DNA of 64,000 nucleotides from Rickettsiales bacterium (GTDB lineage Bacteria; Pseudomonadota; Alphaproteobacteria; Rickettsiales; UBA1997). The notes under the pieces are model-generated. The model saw only the letters and a program-made list of their open reading frames with translations, was not told where the DNA came from and searched no databases. Shown one piece after another: positions 29,148 to 38,775 of this stretch. The position numbers and the translations under genes are program-made. The DNA is taken from the NCBI GenBank assembly GCA_017620845.1, contig JAGAUJ010000003.1, positions 46,136 through 110,135 of the forward strand. Reading direction: 5' to 3'. Within the stretch, counting starts at the first letter, position 1. Each line of letters opens with the position of its first letter.

Positions 29148-30001
29148 TTGAAAAAATTGATAATAAAAAATTAGGAAGAGGACTTTCTTCTTTGCTTGGT
29201 GATAAAAAATTTTCCATTATTGAAGGTGGTAAAAATGAATTAAATATAGACTCAATAGTGATTAATAATAATCAACCAAGAAAAAATTTTAATGATGAAA
29301 GTTTAAATGAACTAGTTGAATCTGTAAAACAATATGGTATATTACAGCCAATTCTTGTTAGAAAAATTGAGAATAATAAATATGAAATTATTGCTGGTGA
29401 GCGAAGATATAGATCGGCAAAACTTGCTGGACTTAAAACCATTCCTGTTTTAATTAAAGAACTTGATGATGAAAAATCTTTTAATTTAAGTATAATAGAA
29501 AACATACAAAGAGAAAATTTAAATCCTTTAGAAGAGGCAAATGCTTATAATGAATTGATTAAAAAATATAACTACACACAACAGGATATTGCTAATAAAG
29601 TTGGAAAAAGCAGAAGTTATATTGCTAATTTATTAAGATTATTAAATTTGCCAGATGTTGTGCAGAAATATTTAATTGATGGTAAGTTAGAAATGGGGCA
29701 TGCAAGGGCACTTGTGAATTGTAATTTTATTAATGACATTATTGATTACATTGTTGACAATAATTTAAGTGTTAGAGAAGTTGAAAAACTTGTTAATGAT
29801 GAACAAAATATTGAAAATATAAAAAATAAAAAAATAAAAAAAATAATAACAAATAACTGTGGTGACAGAATAGATTTGTTAAAAAAAGCAGGTTATAATT
29901 GTAAAATAACTTGTAATAAAACTACTGGAAAAAGTAGTTTGAATTTACAATTCAATTCAATTGATGAATTGGATGATTTTATTAATAATCTAATTAAATA
30001 A
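29144..30001 (+). CDS. parB: Chromosome partitioning protein ParB (Spo0J)
   Basis: 285 aa with the ParB box QPRK.F, the GERRYRSAKLAG motif and an HTH region. It overlaps parA by 4 nt. Confidence 0.93.
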   Translation: MIEKIDNKKLGRGLSSLLGDKKFSIIEGGKNELNIDSIVINNNQPRKNFNDESLNELVESVKQYGILQPILVRKIENNKYEIIAGERRYRSAKLAGLKTIPVLIKELDDEKSFNLSIIENIQRENLNPLEEANAYNELIKKYNYTQQDIANKVGKSRSYIANLLRLLNLPDVVQKYLIDGKLEMGHARALVNCNFINDIIDYIVDNNLSVREVEKLVNDEQNIENIKNKKIKKIITNNCGDRIDLLKKAGYNCKITCNKTTGKSSLNLQFNSIDELDDFINNLIK

Positions 30002-31389
30002 TGTTATTAGATAATATAAAAAAACAAAATAGCAAGGTATTTATTTTTGGAATTAATAAAACCAGTGTTGCATTAATTAATTATTTATCATTAAATGAAA
30101 TTAATGTTGTTGTTAGTGATATAAGTGAAAATATTGTTAAAGAATATGAACTGGGTGTTTGTGATAATACATTTATTGATGTTGTAAATATTGAAAAAAT
30201 TGATTTTAATTCAGTAGACTATTTTGTTTTATGTGAAAATATTTTGTTGGAAAAGGATGAGTTGGGTGTATTTTTAACTAGGTTAAATAACATAAAGGAT
30301 AAAGTATATATTGACATAGAGTTTATTTCAAATTTGTTTCCACAAAATAAATATATTGGTATTATTGGATCTAGTTATAATATTACAATTAATTCACTAA
30401 TAAATAATATGTTTAGTAATGCTGGTGTTAAGAATATTGAATGTTCTTCAGGTTATGAAGATGCTGATGATGGCACCACCGTATTTGATGATGTTATGTG
30501 TTCTGAGGCTATACAAAATCATAAAATACAATATTTAAAACAGATGGAGTTTGATATATTGGCTATACTTGGTATTGATGTTGATTTAAAAAAAGATAAA
30601 AAATATATAGATAATATTAAAAATTATATTTTAACAAATCAAAGTAAAGATTCTATTTTAATACTTAATGCGGATGATGATGTTTTAAAAAACATGTATG
30701 ATGATATTGTTACTAATGTTGAATATAAAATAATACCAATATCTGTTAATAAAATGCTAAATAATGGTATTTCATATATTAATGGAACCATATATAATTA
30801 TTTTGAAGACAACAATGAATCTTATGATGTTACTACCAATGATGGTTGTGGTGGCGATATAAACAATGTGTCTTTATTGTGTTCTTCTATAATTGCAAAG
30901 TTTTGTGGTGTAGATGTAAATACGATTATTGAATCTGTTAAAAATTTTAATGGTGTTGTAAATCATTTAGAATGTGTTGAAGAAATAGAAAATATAAGAT
31001 TTGTAAATAATATAGGAGCAAATACTGAAAAATTGTTTTATGAACCATTTAATGTATATGATAATATTTATGTAATTTTTATTGCTAATGATAAACAAAA
31101 TGATTTATCTTGTGTGAAAAATTGTTTAAAGAAAACCGAAAATATATTTATTGTTGATGTTTGTGGTTTATTAAATATTGATGATATAAGTGATAAGGTT
31201 GATTTGATTAAGTATAATAATTTACAAGATGCTTTTAATTCTATTATAACGGAAATAGATTTTGAAGATAAGGAAACAAATACGACTGTTTTATTGTCTC
31301 CAATAGTTGGTGATGAAATGAATTGTATTTATTACAAAGATTATATTAAAGAATATAAAGAATTAATAAAAGGATTAAATAAATGTTAA
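30001..31389 (+). CDS. MurD-like Mur-ligase-family protein with degenerate catalytic motifs
   Basis: 462 aa, collinear with MurD as I remember it: an N-terminal Rossmann-like KVFIFGINKTS, ILNADDD, NHLECV in place of HRFE, NNIGANT in place of NDSKATN, and a C-terminal VLLSP. The P-loop reads GSSYNIT (30367-30387) instead of GxNGK(S/T)T. Confidence 0.55.
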   Translation: MLLDNIKKQNSKVFIFGINKTSVALINYLSLNEINVVVSDISENIVKEYELGVCDNTFIDVVNIEKIDFNSVDYFVLCENILLEKDELGVFLTRLNNIKDKVYIDIEFISNLFPQNKYIGIIGSSYNITINSLINNMFSNAGVKNIECSSGYEDADDGTTVFDDVMCSEAIQNHKIQYLKQMEFDILAILGIDVDLKKDKKYIDNIKNYILTNQSKDSILILNADDDVLKNMYDDIVTNVEYKIIPISVNKMLNNGISYINGTIYNYFEDNNESYDVTTNDGCGGDINNVSLLCSSIIAKFCGVDVNTIIESVKNFNGVVNHLECVEEIENIRFVNNIGANTEKLFYEPFNVYDNIYVIFIANDKQNDLSCVKNCLKKTENIFIVDVCGLLNIDDISDKVDLIKYNNLQDAFNSIITEIDFEDKETNTTVLLSPIVGDEMNCIYYKDYIKEYKELIKGLNKC

Positions 31390-32033
31390 ATATTGAGTGT
31401 TTAAAAGGAAAGTTTATAACTTTTGAGGGTGGAGAGGGTGCTGGTAAAAGCACACAATCTAAAATGTTTGTGGAATATCTTAATAAAAATGGTATAAAAG
31501 CAGAATGGAGTAGGGAGCCTGGTGGTTGTGATGAGGCAGAAGAAATAAGAAGTTTATTGGTTAGAGGAAGTGCTGATAGGTGGGATGGTGTAACCGAGTT
31601 ATTATTAATGTATGCATCAAGAAGAGTTCATACAGAAAAAAAAATTAAACCACTATTAAAACAAGGAATAACTGTTGTTTCTGATAGATATTTTGATTCT
31701 ACTTTTGCTTATCAGGGATTTGGGTATAATTTGCCTATTGAAAAAATAGAATCTGTTAAAAAAGTTGTTTTGGAGGATTTTAAGCCAGATTTGACATTTT
31801 TTTTAGATTTAGATGTTCAAGAGGGGTTGGAAAGAACTGATATAAGGGGAGAAAAAAATAGATATGAAGATATGAAAATTGAATTTCATAACAGAGTTAG
31901 AGAGGGATTTAATTATATTTGTGAAAAAGAGAAAGATAGATGTATTAAAATAGATGTTGGAAATGGAAAGGATATAGACACTATATTTAGTGAAATTTTA
32001 AATAAGTCCATTGAATTTTTTAATAATAAATAA
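31383..32033 (+). CDS. tmk: Thymidylate kinase
   Basis: 216 aa with P-loop FITFEGGEGAGKST and the DRY motif (SDRYFDST). Confidence 0.9.
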   Translation: MLNIECLKGKFITFEGGEGAGKSTQSKMFVEYLNKNGIKAEWSREPGGCDEAEEIRSLLVRGSADRWDGVTELLLMYASRRVHTEKKIKPLLKQGITVVSDRYFDSTFAYQGFGYNLPIEKIESVKKVVLEDFKPDLTFFLDLDVQEGLERTDIRGEKNRYEDMKIEFHNRVREGFNYICEKEKDRCIKIDVGNGKDIDTIFSEILNKSIEFFNNK

Positions 32034-32040
32034 ACAACAA

Positions 32041-32715
32041 ATGCAAGAAAGTGGTTGGTTAAATATTAATAAGCCGATTGGTTGGACTTCTACTAAGGTT
32101 GTAGCAGTTATAAAGCATATTACAAAAGCAAAAAAAGTGGGACATGGTGGGACTCTTGACCCTTTGGCAAGTGGTGTTTTGCCAATATGTATAAATAAGG
32201 CAACAAAACAGGTTGAGTCTATGATGAATCATAGTAAAGAATATTTGTTTCATTTGACTTTTGGTGAGTTGAGAGACACTGCTGATGCGGAAGGTGTTGT
32301 TTTGGAGATAAATAATATTGTGCCAACAGTGGAACAAATAAATGCTGTTTTAAGTAATTTTGTTGGTGTAATTAAACAAACTCCACCAGTTTATTCTGCT
32401 ATTAAGATTGGTGGCAAGAGAGCTTGTGATTTAGTTAGAGAAGGTAAAGATGTTGAATTGCAGGCAAGAGATATAGTTATACATAATTTAAAATGTAATG
32501 GTTTTATTAATAGTAATACTGTGGAGTTTATTGTTGAGTGTGGAAGGGGTTGTTATGTTAGGAGTTTGGGGGTTGATTTGGCAAAAAGTCTTGATACTGT
32601 TGCTTATTTGTCAAAAATTGAAAGGTTGCGTGTTGGTGATTTTGAGATTGGAGATACTGTGGATGTTGAAGAATTAACTTTGGATGATGTATTGAAAAAC
32701 TTAATTATAGTGTAA
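32041..32715 (+). CDS. truB: tRNA pseudouridine(55) synthase
   Basis: Contains the catalytic motif GHGGTLDPLASGVLPI and the N-terminal INKPIGWTS. ATG 32041 is preferred over the longer ORF start at 32011, which overlaps tmk. Confidence 0.9.
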   Translation: MQESGWLNINKPIGWTSTKVVAVIKHITKAKKVGHGGTLDPLASGVLPICINKATKQVESMMNHSKEYLFHLTFGELRDTADAEGVVLEINNIVPTVEQINAVLSNFVGVIKQTPPVYSAIKIGGKRACDLVREGKDVELQARDIVIHNLKCNGFINSNTVEFIVECGRGCYVRSLGVDLAKSLDTVAYLSKIERLRVGDFEIGDTVDVEELTLDDVLKNLIIV

Positions 32716-32930
32716 TTTGGTTTTTTGTGTAAAATTAAAATGTGTGCTTGATTTTTTCTTTGTTTCCCATGTAATGGAAGCAAGATAATAATGATATTAT
32801 TTATTTTGTAAATATATAAGTCTGCTTGTTGTGGTATAAAAGTGATTGTTGTGTTAATTTTGTAAAATTTTACATTGTAAATAAAATATATCAAAATATT
32901 ATAACAATAAATATTTGTTATTAATAGAAT

Positions 32931-33824
32931 ATGCTAACAATAATAGCGGGGCCTTGCTCTGTTAATAAAAATAATATTGAAGAGATAGAAGAAATTTTAA
33001 ATATAGAAATTAATGGAAATAAAGTAATTTCTGGTATTAGATGTGTTGGTTTAAAATCAAGAACAATTTATACTAATAATAGTATAGATATGGGAATTGA
33101 TTTAGAAGTATTTAAATATAATCAACAAATATTAATAAGTGGCAAGTCTTATAATGAATTTGAAATAATGCCATCAATTGAGTTGGCAAAACAATTACAA
33201 GATAAATATAATTGTATCATAGCAACAGAAATTATAGAACCGGCAATTCAAATGCCACTTTTTGATAAATATTTAACTGGTTCGTTTATTCCTTGGAATC
33301 CGGCAGTAAATGCTTTGGGTTGGAATATACAACATATATCAAAATATTGTGAAAAGCGTGATAATTGGTTATTGGGTATAAAAAATCCTAAAAATTTAGG
33401 AATTTCGGTTGAAGATGTGGAAATAAATAATAAAATTGCCCCAATGGAAAAAGTTTGGTCTGGACTTGCAAGTTATTCACAATTGCCGAATGAAAGAAAA
33501 ATATTGATTCATAGGGGTGTTGATTCGGAAATGAAAAGTAATTTTAGAAGTGAATTAGTTCATAAAACGGCAATGAGAGTAAAAAATAGTGTAAGTGGTG
33601 CAAAATTATTGTTTGATCCAAGTCATTCTTTTGGTCCAAAAATGAGAGATAAAATAGTTGATGAGACGGTTGAAATAATGAAAATGAAAGATTTGTGTGG
33701 TAATTTTTTGTATGATGGAATATTGATAGAAGTTGGGACGTCTACTACTGATGCAGGACAACATATAGGTGTAAAGGAGTTAAGGGAATTGGTAAATAAA
33801 TTGAGTGAATTTAGAGAGTTTTAG
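32931..33824 (+). CDS. Divergent type I-beta DAHP synthase-like aldolase (DAHPS/KDO8PS family)
   Basis: 297 aa with IAGPCSV, GLKSRT, ATEIIEP, FDPSHSFG and ILIEV...TDAGQ, which align to family motifs including the Cys/His/Glu/Asp metal ligands. The GARN motif is not recognisable. It heads the shikimate block. Confidence 0.6.
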   Translation: MLTIIAGPCSVNKNNIEEIEEILNIEINGNKVISGIRCVGLKSRTIYTNNSIDMGIDLEVFKYNQQILISGKSYNEFEIMPSIELAKQLQDKYNCIIATEIIEPAIQMPLFDKYLTGSFIPWNPAVNALGWNIQHISKYCEKRDNWLLGIKNPKNLGISVEDVEINNKIAPMEKVWSGLASYSQLPNERKILIHRGVDSEMKSNFRSELVHKTAMRVKNSVSGAKLLFDPSHSFGPKMRDKIVDETVEIMKMKDLCGNFLYDGILIEVGTSTTDAGQHIGVKELRELVNKLSEFREF

Positions 33825-34055
33825 TATTAATAAAAATTGTAATAAATTTAGTAATTTTGTTTATGTTGTGAATACATTATAGCATCTAACCTTGTTTTTT
33901 AGTTTAATGTTATTTTTATTCTAATTTATAAAATAAAGTAAACTTATATTAAAAGCGAAGTTGTGGTTTATTAATATTAATTTTTTAAAAAAACATTTGA
34001 AATAAATAAAAATATATTATTAAATTTTCTATTAAAATAATAATATAAACAAAAT

Positions 34056-35066
34056 ATGTTAAATAATATAATTATAAAACAAAATTTAATTAATAATATC
34101 AATAATTTTATTGATTTATCAAAATTTTCAAAAGTTGCAGTTTTAACAGACGAAAATTTAATAAATTGCGGTTGGTTAGACAAATTGCAAATAAACAGCA
34201 TTATAAAAATCAAATCTGGCGAAATTAACAAAAATTTAGAAACAGTTTCACACATTTGGCAACAAATGAGTGAATTACAAATGGATAGAAAATCACTTTT
34301 AATTAATTTAGGTGGTGGTGTAGTATGTGATTTGGGCGGATTTTGCGCTTCTACTTATATGAGAGGTATAAAATTTATACAAATACCAACAACACTTTTA
34401 AGTCAAGTTGATGCTTCTGTTGGTGGAAAAACTGGTTTTGATTTTAATGGAGTAAAAAATTTAATTGGAACATTTACTGAGCCTGAAATGGTTTTAATAG
34501 ATTCTAACACTTTAACAACTTTGCCAAAAAGAGAGTATGTTTCTGGTTTAGCAGAAGTTATTAAATATGGTATTATTTATGATGTAGAATTTTTTGAATA
34601 TCTTAAAAATGACAATATAGATAATGATTATATTATAAAAAAATCTTGTGAAATTAAAGAAAAAGTTGTTTTAGAAGATTTTAAAGAAGGTGGTTTAAGA
34701 AAAATATTAAATTTCGGTCATACAATAGGGCACTCTATTGAAAGTTTATCGTTGGAAACAAAAAATCTATTATTACACGGAGAGGCTGTTGCTATTGGTA
34801 TGATTGCAGAAAGTTACATAGCAAAAGAAATTGGAAATTTGACTAATGATGAGTATGAATTAATAAAAAATATTATAGAACAATATGGTTTGCCAAGTTT
34901 TTATAATGGAGATTTAGAAGAAATATTTTTGATGTTATTTAAAGATAAGAAAAATACAAGTGGTAAAATAAAATGGGTTTTACCAAATGGAATTGGAAAA
35001 TGTGTATATGATGTAGAAGTTGATAATGATATTGTAAAAATGGCAATAAGGAGTATATTAAAATGA
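34056..35066 (+). CDS. aroB: 3-dehydroquinate synthase
   Basis: 336 aa with GGGVVCDLGGFCASTYMRGIKFIQIPTTLLSQVDASVGGKTG and metal-binding His motifs (NFGHTIGH, HGEAVAIG). Confidence 0.93.
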   Translation: MLNNIIIKQNLINNINNFIDLSKFSKVAVLTDENLINCGWLDKLQINSIIKIKSGEINKNLETVSHIWQQMSELQMDRKSLLINLGGGVVCDLGGFCASTYMRGIKFIQIPTTLLSQVDASVGGKTGFDFNGVKNLIGTFTEPEMVLIDSNTLTTLPKREYVSGLAEVIKYGIIYDVEFFEYLKNDNIDNDYIIKKSCEIKEKVVLEDFKEGGLRKILNFGHTIGHSIESLSLETKNLLLHGEAVAIGMIAESYIAKEIGNLTNDEYELIKNIIEQYGLPSFYNGDLEEIFLMLFKDKKNTSGKIKWVLPNGIGKCVYDVEVDNDIVKMAIRSILK

Positions 35067-35341
35067 ATTTAGAAGAATTGAGAATTGAAATTGATAAATG
35101 TAATAATGAAATAATAGGGGCAATTAAAAAAAGGTTTTATGTTACAAGAGAAATTGGTAAAATAAAAAAAGATAGTAATTTATCATCTTATGATAAAAGT
35201 AGAGAGGATAAAGTTATAAATAATGTTAGATTATTAGCACAAAATAGTAATTTAAATGAAGATATGATTGAAGATATTTTTAGAATTATTATGAAACAAG
35301 TTATTATAGAGCATGAGGAATTAAAAAATGCTAATAAATAA
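35063..35341 (+). CDS. Chorismate mutase (AroQ class)
   Basis: 92-aa all-helical ORF. LEELRIEIDKCNNEIIGAIKKRFYVTREIGKIKK fits the AroQ N-terminal helix. It overlaps aroB by 4 nt and aroA by 14 nt. Confidence 0.75.
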   Translation: MNLEELRIEIDKCNNEIIGAIKKRFYVTREIGKIKKDSNLSSYDKSREDKVINNVRLLAQNSNLNEDMIEDIFRIIMKQVIIEHEELKNANK

Positions 35342-36596
35342 AATAGATAACTTAAATAATGCAAAAATTGAAATTTTAGGCTCTAAAAGTTATACAAATA
35401 GGGCCTTAATTATTGCAAGTCTTACAGAAGGTAAAACAATTTTAAATAATCCACTTTATAGTGATGATACAAAGTATATGATTGAATCATTGGAAAAATT
35501 AGGTGTAAAATTTGAAAAAAGTGATAAAAAATTAGTTGTTTATGGTAATGGTGGTAAGTTTCAAGTAAATGAAAATATTGAATTATTTTGTGGATTAGCA
35601 GGAACAACAAGCAGATTTTTAACTGGATTATTAGCGTTAATAAAAGATGATATAATAATAACTGGTGAGGGTAAGATTTTAGAAAGACCAATTGGTGATT
35701 TAGTTGATGGACTGCAACAGATTGGTGCAAATATTAAGTATTTGGGTAAAAAAGGTTCACTTCCTTTAAAGGGAAATGGAAAAAATATAAGTGGCAATGA
35801 AATATCAATAAATGGTAGTGTTTCTAGTCAATATTTTACTGCACTTATGATGGTTGCGCCTTTATTGAAGGATGGATTAAAAATTAATGTTATAAGAGAA
35901 CAAGTTTCTAAATCTTATATAGATATAACTTGTGATATAATGAAATCTTTTGGTGTAGAAGTTATTAATAATAATTATAAAGAATATGTTATTAAACCAG
36001 TAAAATATAAGGCAATAGAATATAATATTGAGGGAGATTGGTCGTCAGCATCTTATTTTTGTTGTTTGGGTGCTTTAATTAATGGTGGAATAGAAATAAG
36101 TAATTTAAATAATAATTCAGTGCAAGGAGATAAACAATTTGCTAAATTAATGGAAAAGGTTGGGGCGGTAGTTGAATATAAAAATAATTCAGTTTTTATA
36201 AAAAAAGATAAAATAAGGCCCATTACTGTAAATATGGAAACAATGCCAGATACTGCTATGTCTTTGGCTGTTTTGTTATCTTTTGCAAATGGTAAAAGTA
36301 GAATAAATGGGTTGTCCACTTTAAAAAATAAAGAAAGCAATAGATTGTTAGCAATGAAAAATGAACTTGCTAAATTGTCAATAAAAACAGAAATTGGAGA
36401 TGATTATATTGTAATTTATGGTGGAAATTATCATAGAGTTATTGGGGAAATAGAAACTTATAACGATCATAGAATTGCAATGTCTTTTGCTATTGCTGGG
36501 GCGGTTATTGGTGGAGTTGAAATAAAAAATCCAGAGGTTGTAAGTAAATCTTTTCCAAATTTTTGGGAATATTTTAATAATTTAAGTAAAAAATAA
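35328..36596 (+). CDS. aroA: 3-phosphoshikimate 1-carboxyvinyltransferase (EPSP synthase)
   Basis: 422 aa with GSKSYTNRALIIASL, LFCGLAGTTSRFL, KESNRLLAM and NDHRIAMSFAIAG. Confidence 0.93.
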   Translation: MLINKIDNLNNAKIEILGSKSYTNRALIIASLTEGKTILNNPLYSDDTKYMIESLEKLGVKFEKSDKKLVVYGNGGKFQVNENIELFCGLAGTTSRFLTGLLALIKDDIIITGEGKILERPIGDLVDGLQQIGANIKYLGKKGSLPLKGNGKNISGNEISINGSVSSQYFTALMMVAPLLKDGLKINVIREQVSKSYIDITCDIMKSFGVEVINNNYKEYVIKPVKYKAIEYNIEGDWSSASYFCCLGALINGGIEISNLNNNSVQGDKQFAKLMEKVGAVVEYKNNSVFIKKDKIRPITVNMETMPDTAMSLAVLLSFANGKSRINGLSTLKNKESNRLLAMKNELAKLSIKTEIGDDYIVIYGGNYHRVIGEIETYNDHRIAMSFAIAGAVIGGVEIKNPEVVSKSFPNFWEYFNNLSKK

Positions 36597-36597
36597 T

Positions 36598-37191
36598 ATG
36601 GAAAAATATAAGAGAATTTTGTTGTTGGGTTTTAGATGTGTTGGTAAAACAACAATATCTAAAAAATTATCAAATATAATGAATATACCACTAATAGATA
36701 TAGATGAAGAGATAGAAAAAAAACAAGGTAAAACAATTACTGAAATTACAAACAATGGTGAGAATTGGGTTAGATTTAGAGAATTAGAGTTAAAAAAATT
36801 AGAGGAAGTTTTAAAAATTGATAATATTATTATTTCTGCTGGTGGTGGAGTTGGTGTAAATGATGTAAAATATGATGACAATTTTACTTATGGATATTTA
36901 CAAAGAGATTTAATAAAAAAATCAACAGATACTTTAAAAGTTTTGTTATTTGCAAATGAAAGAGTTTTAAGAGATAGATTGTATTTAAGTAAAATAAATG
37001 AAAATAATAGACCAGATTTATATAATAAAACAAATAGTATAACAGAATATATTGAAAGTAATATACAAACTATGAAAAAAAGAGAAAAATTTTATAAAGA
37101 AATGGCAGATTTGGTGTTTGATGCAAGTGATAAAGATGATTATAAAAATACTATAAATTTAATAAAAATGATTAAAGATTATGAAATTTAA
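36598..37191 (+). CDS. aroK: Shikimate kinase
   Basis: 197 aa with P-loop LLGFRCVGKTTISKKL and the ISAGGG motif. The C-terminus is extended. Confidence 0.8.
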   Translation: MEKYKRILLLGFRCVGKTTISKKLSNIMNIPLIDIDEEIEKKQGKTITEITNNGENWVRFRELELKKLEEVLKIDNIIISAGGGVGVNDVKYDDNFTYGYLQRDLIKKSTDTLKVLLFANERVLRDRLYLSKINENNRPDLYNKTNSITEYIESNIQTMKKREKFYKEMADLVFDASDKDDYKNTINLIKMIKDYEI

Positions 37192-38044
37192 AAACGAATT
37201 AGAAAAAATTGAAAATACATATTTTGGAAAAAATAAATGTATAATAATTGGCAATCCAGTAGAGCATTCTTTATCACCAGCAATGCATAATATTGCTTAC
37301 AAAAATTGCAATATTGACGATAAGTTTATTTTTGATAAAATTACAGTAAAAGAAGAAGAATTGGAGGAGTTTATTTTTGATTTAAAAGATATTAATAAAA
37401 AAACTAATTCTTTTGTTGGGTTGACTTGCACTATGCCACATAAACAAAATATAATTAAATATTTAGATGAGATAAAAAATGAAGCAAAAATAATAGGTGC
37501 TGTAAATAGTGTTTTAATTAAAGATAATAAGTTTATAGGTTATAATACAGATTGGTATGGTGTAGAGCGACCATTTATGGAAAGATGTATTAATTTAACA
37601 AATAAAAAAGTCGCCATTATTGGTGCTGGTGGCGCATCAAGATCGGCAATTTATACTTTTAAGAAAAATAATAGTGTAGTAAATATTTTTAATAGAACAA
37701 AAGAAAAGGCGGATTTGTTAGCAAAAGAATTTAACTGTAATTCTTATAATTTACAAGATATGGATGTTTTAGAAAGTAGTGATATTATTATAAATACAAC
37801 AAATGTTGGTATGGGCGAATTGGAAAATATATCGCCAATAAATACTGATGTTTTAAATAAAAATCATATAGTTTTTGAATGTATTTATAAACCAAAAGAA
37901 ACTGAATTAATTAAAAAAGCAAAAAATGTTGGTGCTACAATTATTTATGGTTGGGAAATGTTATTGTATCAAGGAGTTAAGCAGTTTGAAATATATACTA
38001 GTATAAAACCAAATATTGATATTATGAGAGGTGTGTTGTTATAA
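37181..38044 (+). CDS. aroE: Shikimate 5-dehydrogenase
   Basis: 287 aa with GNPVEHSLSPAMHN, TMPHK, NTDWYG and the NADP site IIGAGGASRSAIY. Confidence 0.88.
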   Translation: MKFKNELEKIENTYFGKNKCIIIGNPVEHSLSPAMHNIAYKNCNIDDKFIFDKITVKEEELEEFIFDLKDINKKTNSFVGLTCTMPHKQNIIKYLDEIKNEAKIIGAVNSVLIKDNKFIGYNTDWYGVERPFMERCINLTNKKVAIIGAGGASRSAIYTFKKNNSVVNIFNRTKEKADLLAKEFNCNSYNLQDMDVLESSDIIINTTNVGMGELENISPINTDVLNKNHIVFECIYKPKETELIKKAKNVGATIIYGWEMLLYQGVKQFEIYTSIKPNIDIMRGVLL

Positions 38045-38106
38045 AGATGTGTATTAAAATGTCTGTTATAGTATTGTTAATTTTGTTAAAATTATAGGTG
38101 TATATT

Positions 38107-38775
38107 ATGATAAAAATTTGTAGTGTAGTTATTGGGGAAAGTTTAGAAGAATTTTTAGATAATTTATATAAAGTTCAAGAAGTTTCTAATTTTGTTGAGT
38201 TAAGAGTTGATTATATTAAAGATTTATCAATAGAGTATTTAGATATTATTAAAAAACAAACAATAAAGGAAAATATTTTTACTTGTAGATCTATTAATGA
38301 GGGCGGAAGATTTGCGGGCAGTAAGGAAGAATTAAAAAGTATAATTTATAGAGCAAATGAATTACAATTTAATCATATTGATATTGAAATATCAATGTTA
38401 GAAAATATTAATTTTGATAATAAAAATTGTAAAATTATAGGCTCTTATCATAATTTTAATAATACACCAAATTATGATGAATTATTAAATATTTATAAAA
38501 ATATAAAACAGTATGATTTTGTAGATATTGTTAAAATCGCAACAAATGTTATAAATGATAATGATAATATTGAATTAGTTAAATTACTAATAAATAAAGA
38601 TAAAGATATTATTGTTTTAGGTATGGGAGAAAAAGGGAAAATAACAAGGATTATATCGCCTTTATTGGGTGGTTATTTAACTTTTGCATCTGTTGATAAT
38701 AATATTTCTGCTTCGGGGCAGATTTCTTTAAATGATTTAATAAAAATATATGGGGATAAATATGACTGGAAATAG
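38107..38775 (+). CDS. aroD: 3-dehydroquinate dehydratase, type I
   Basis: About 222 aa with a TIM-barrel type I DHQase layout (ELRVDY..., SYHNF, and a conserved Lys region VKIAT). The start is taken at ATG 38107 (GTG 38098 is possible). Confidence 0.8.
   Translation: MIKICSVVIGESLEEFLDNLYKVQEVSNFVELRVDYIKDLSIEYLDIIKKQTIKENIFTCRSINEGGRFAGSKEELKSIIYRANELQFNHIDIEISMLENINFDNKNCKIIGSYHNFNNTPNYDELLNIYKNIKQYDFVDIVKIATNVINDNDNIELVKLLINKDKDIIVLGMGEKGKITRIISPLLGGYLTFASVDNNISASGQISLNDLIKIYGDKYDWK

Noticed and set aside
32861-32881. TGTAAA-AT-TTTACA-T-TGTAAA inverted repeats upstream of the DAHPS-like gene, reminiscent of TyrR boxes (TGTAAA-N6-TTTACA).
   Set aside because: The spacing (N2/N1) does not fit the TyrR box, and the sequence is pure A/T plus one G/C per half-site in a very AT-rich genome. 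It also doubles as a plausible -35/-10 promoter (TTGTAA-16-TAAAAT). I kept it only as a weak idea.
32604-32894. A 96-aa minus-strand ORF spanning the truB 3' end and the truB-DAHPS spacer.
   Set aside because: It overlaps the conserved truB C-terminus and has no RBS or motif. The spacer is better explained as promoter region for the shikimate block.
33977-34255. A 92-aa minus-strand ORF overlapping the aroB start.
   Set aside because: It overlaps the conserved aroB N-terminus and its composition is low complexity. It is probably spurious.
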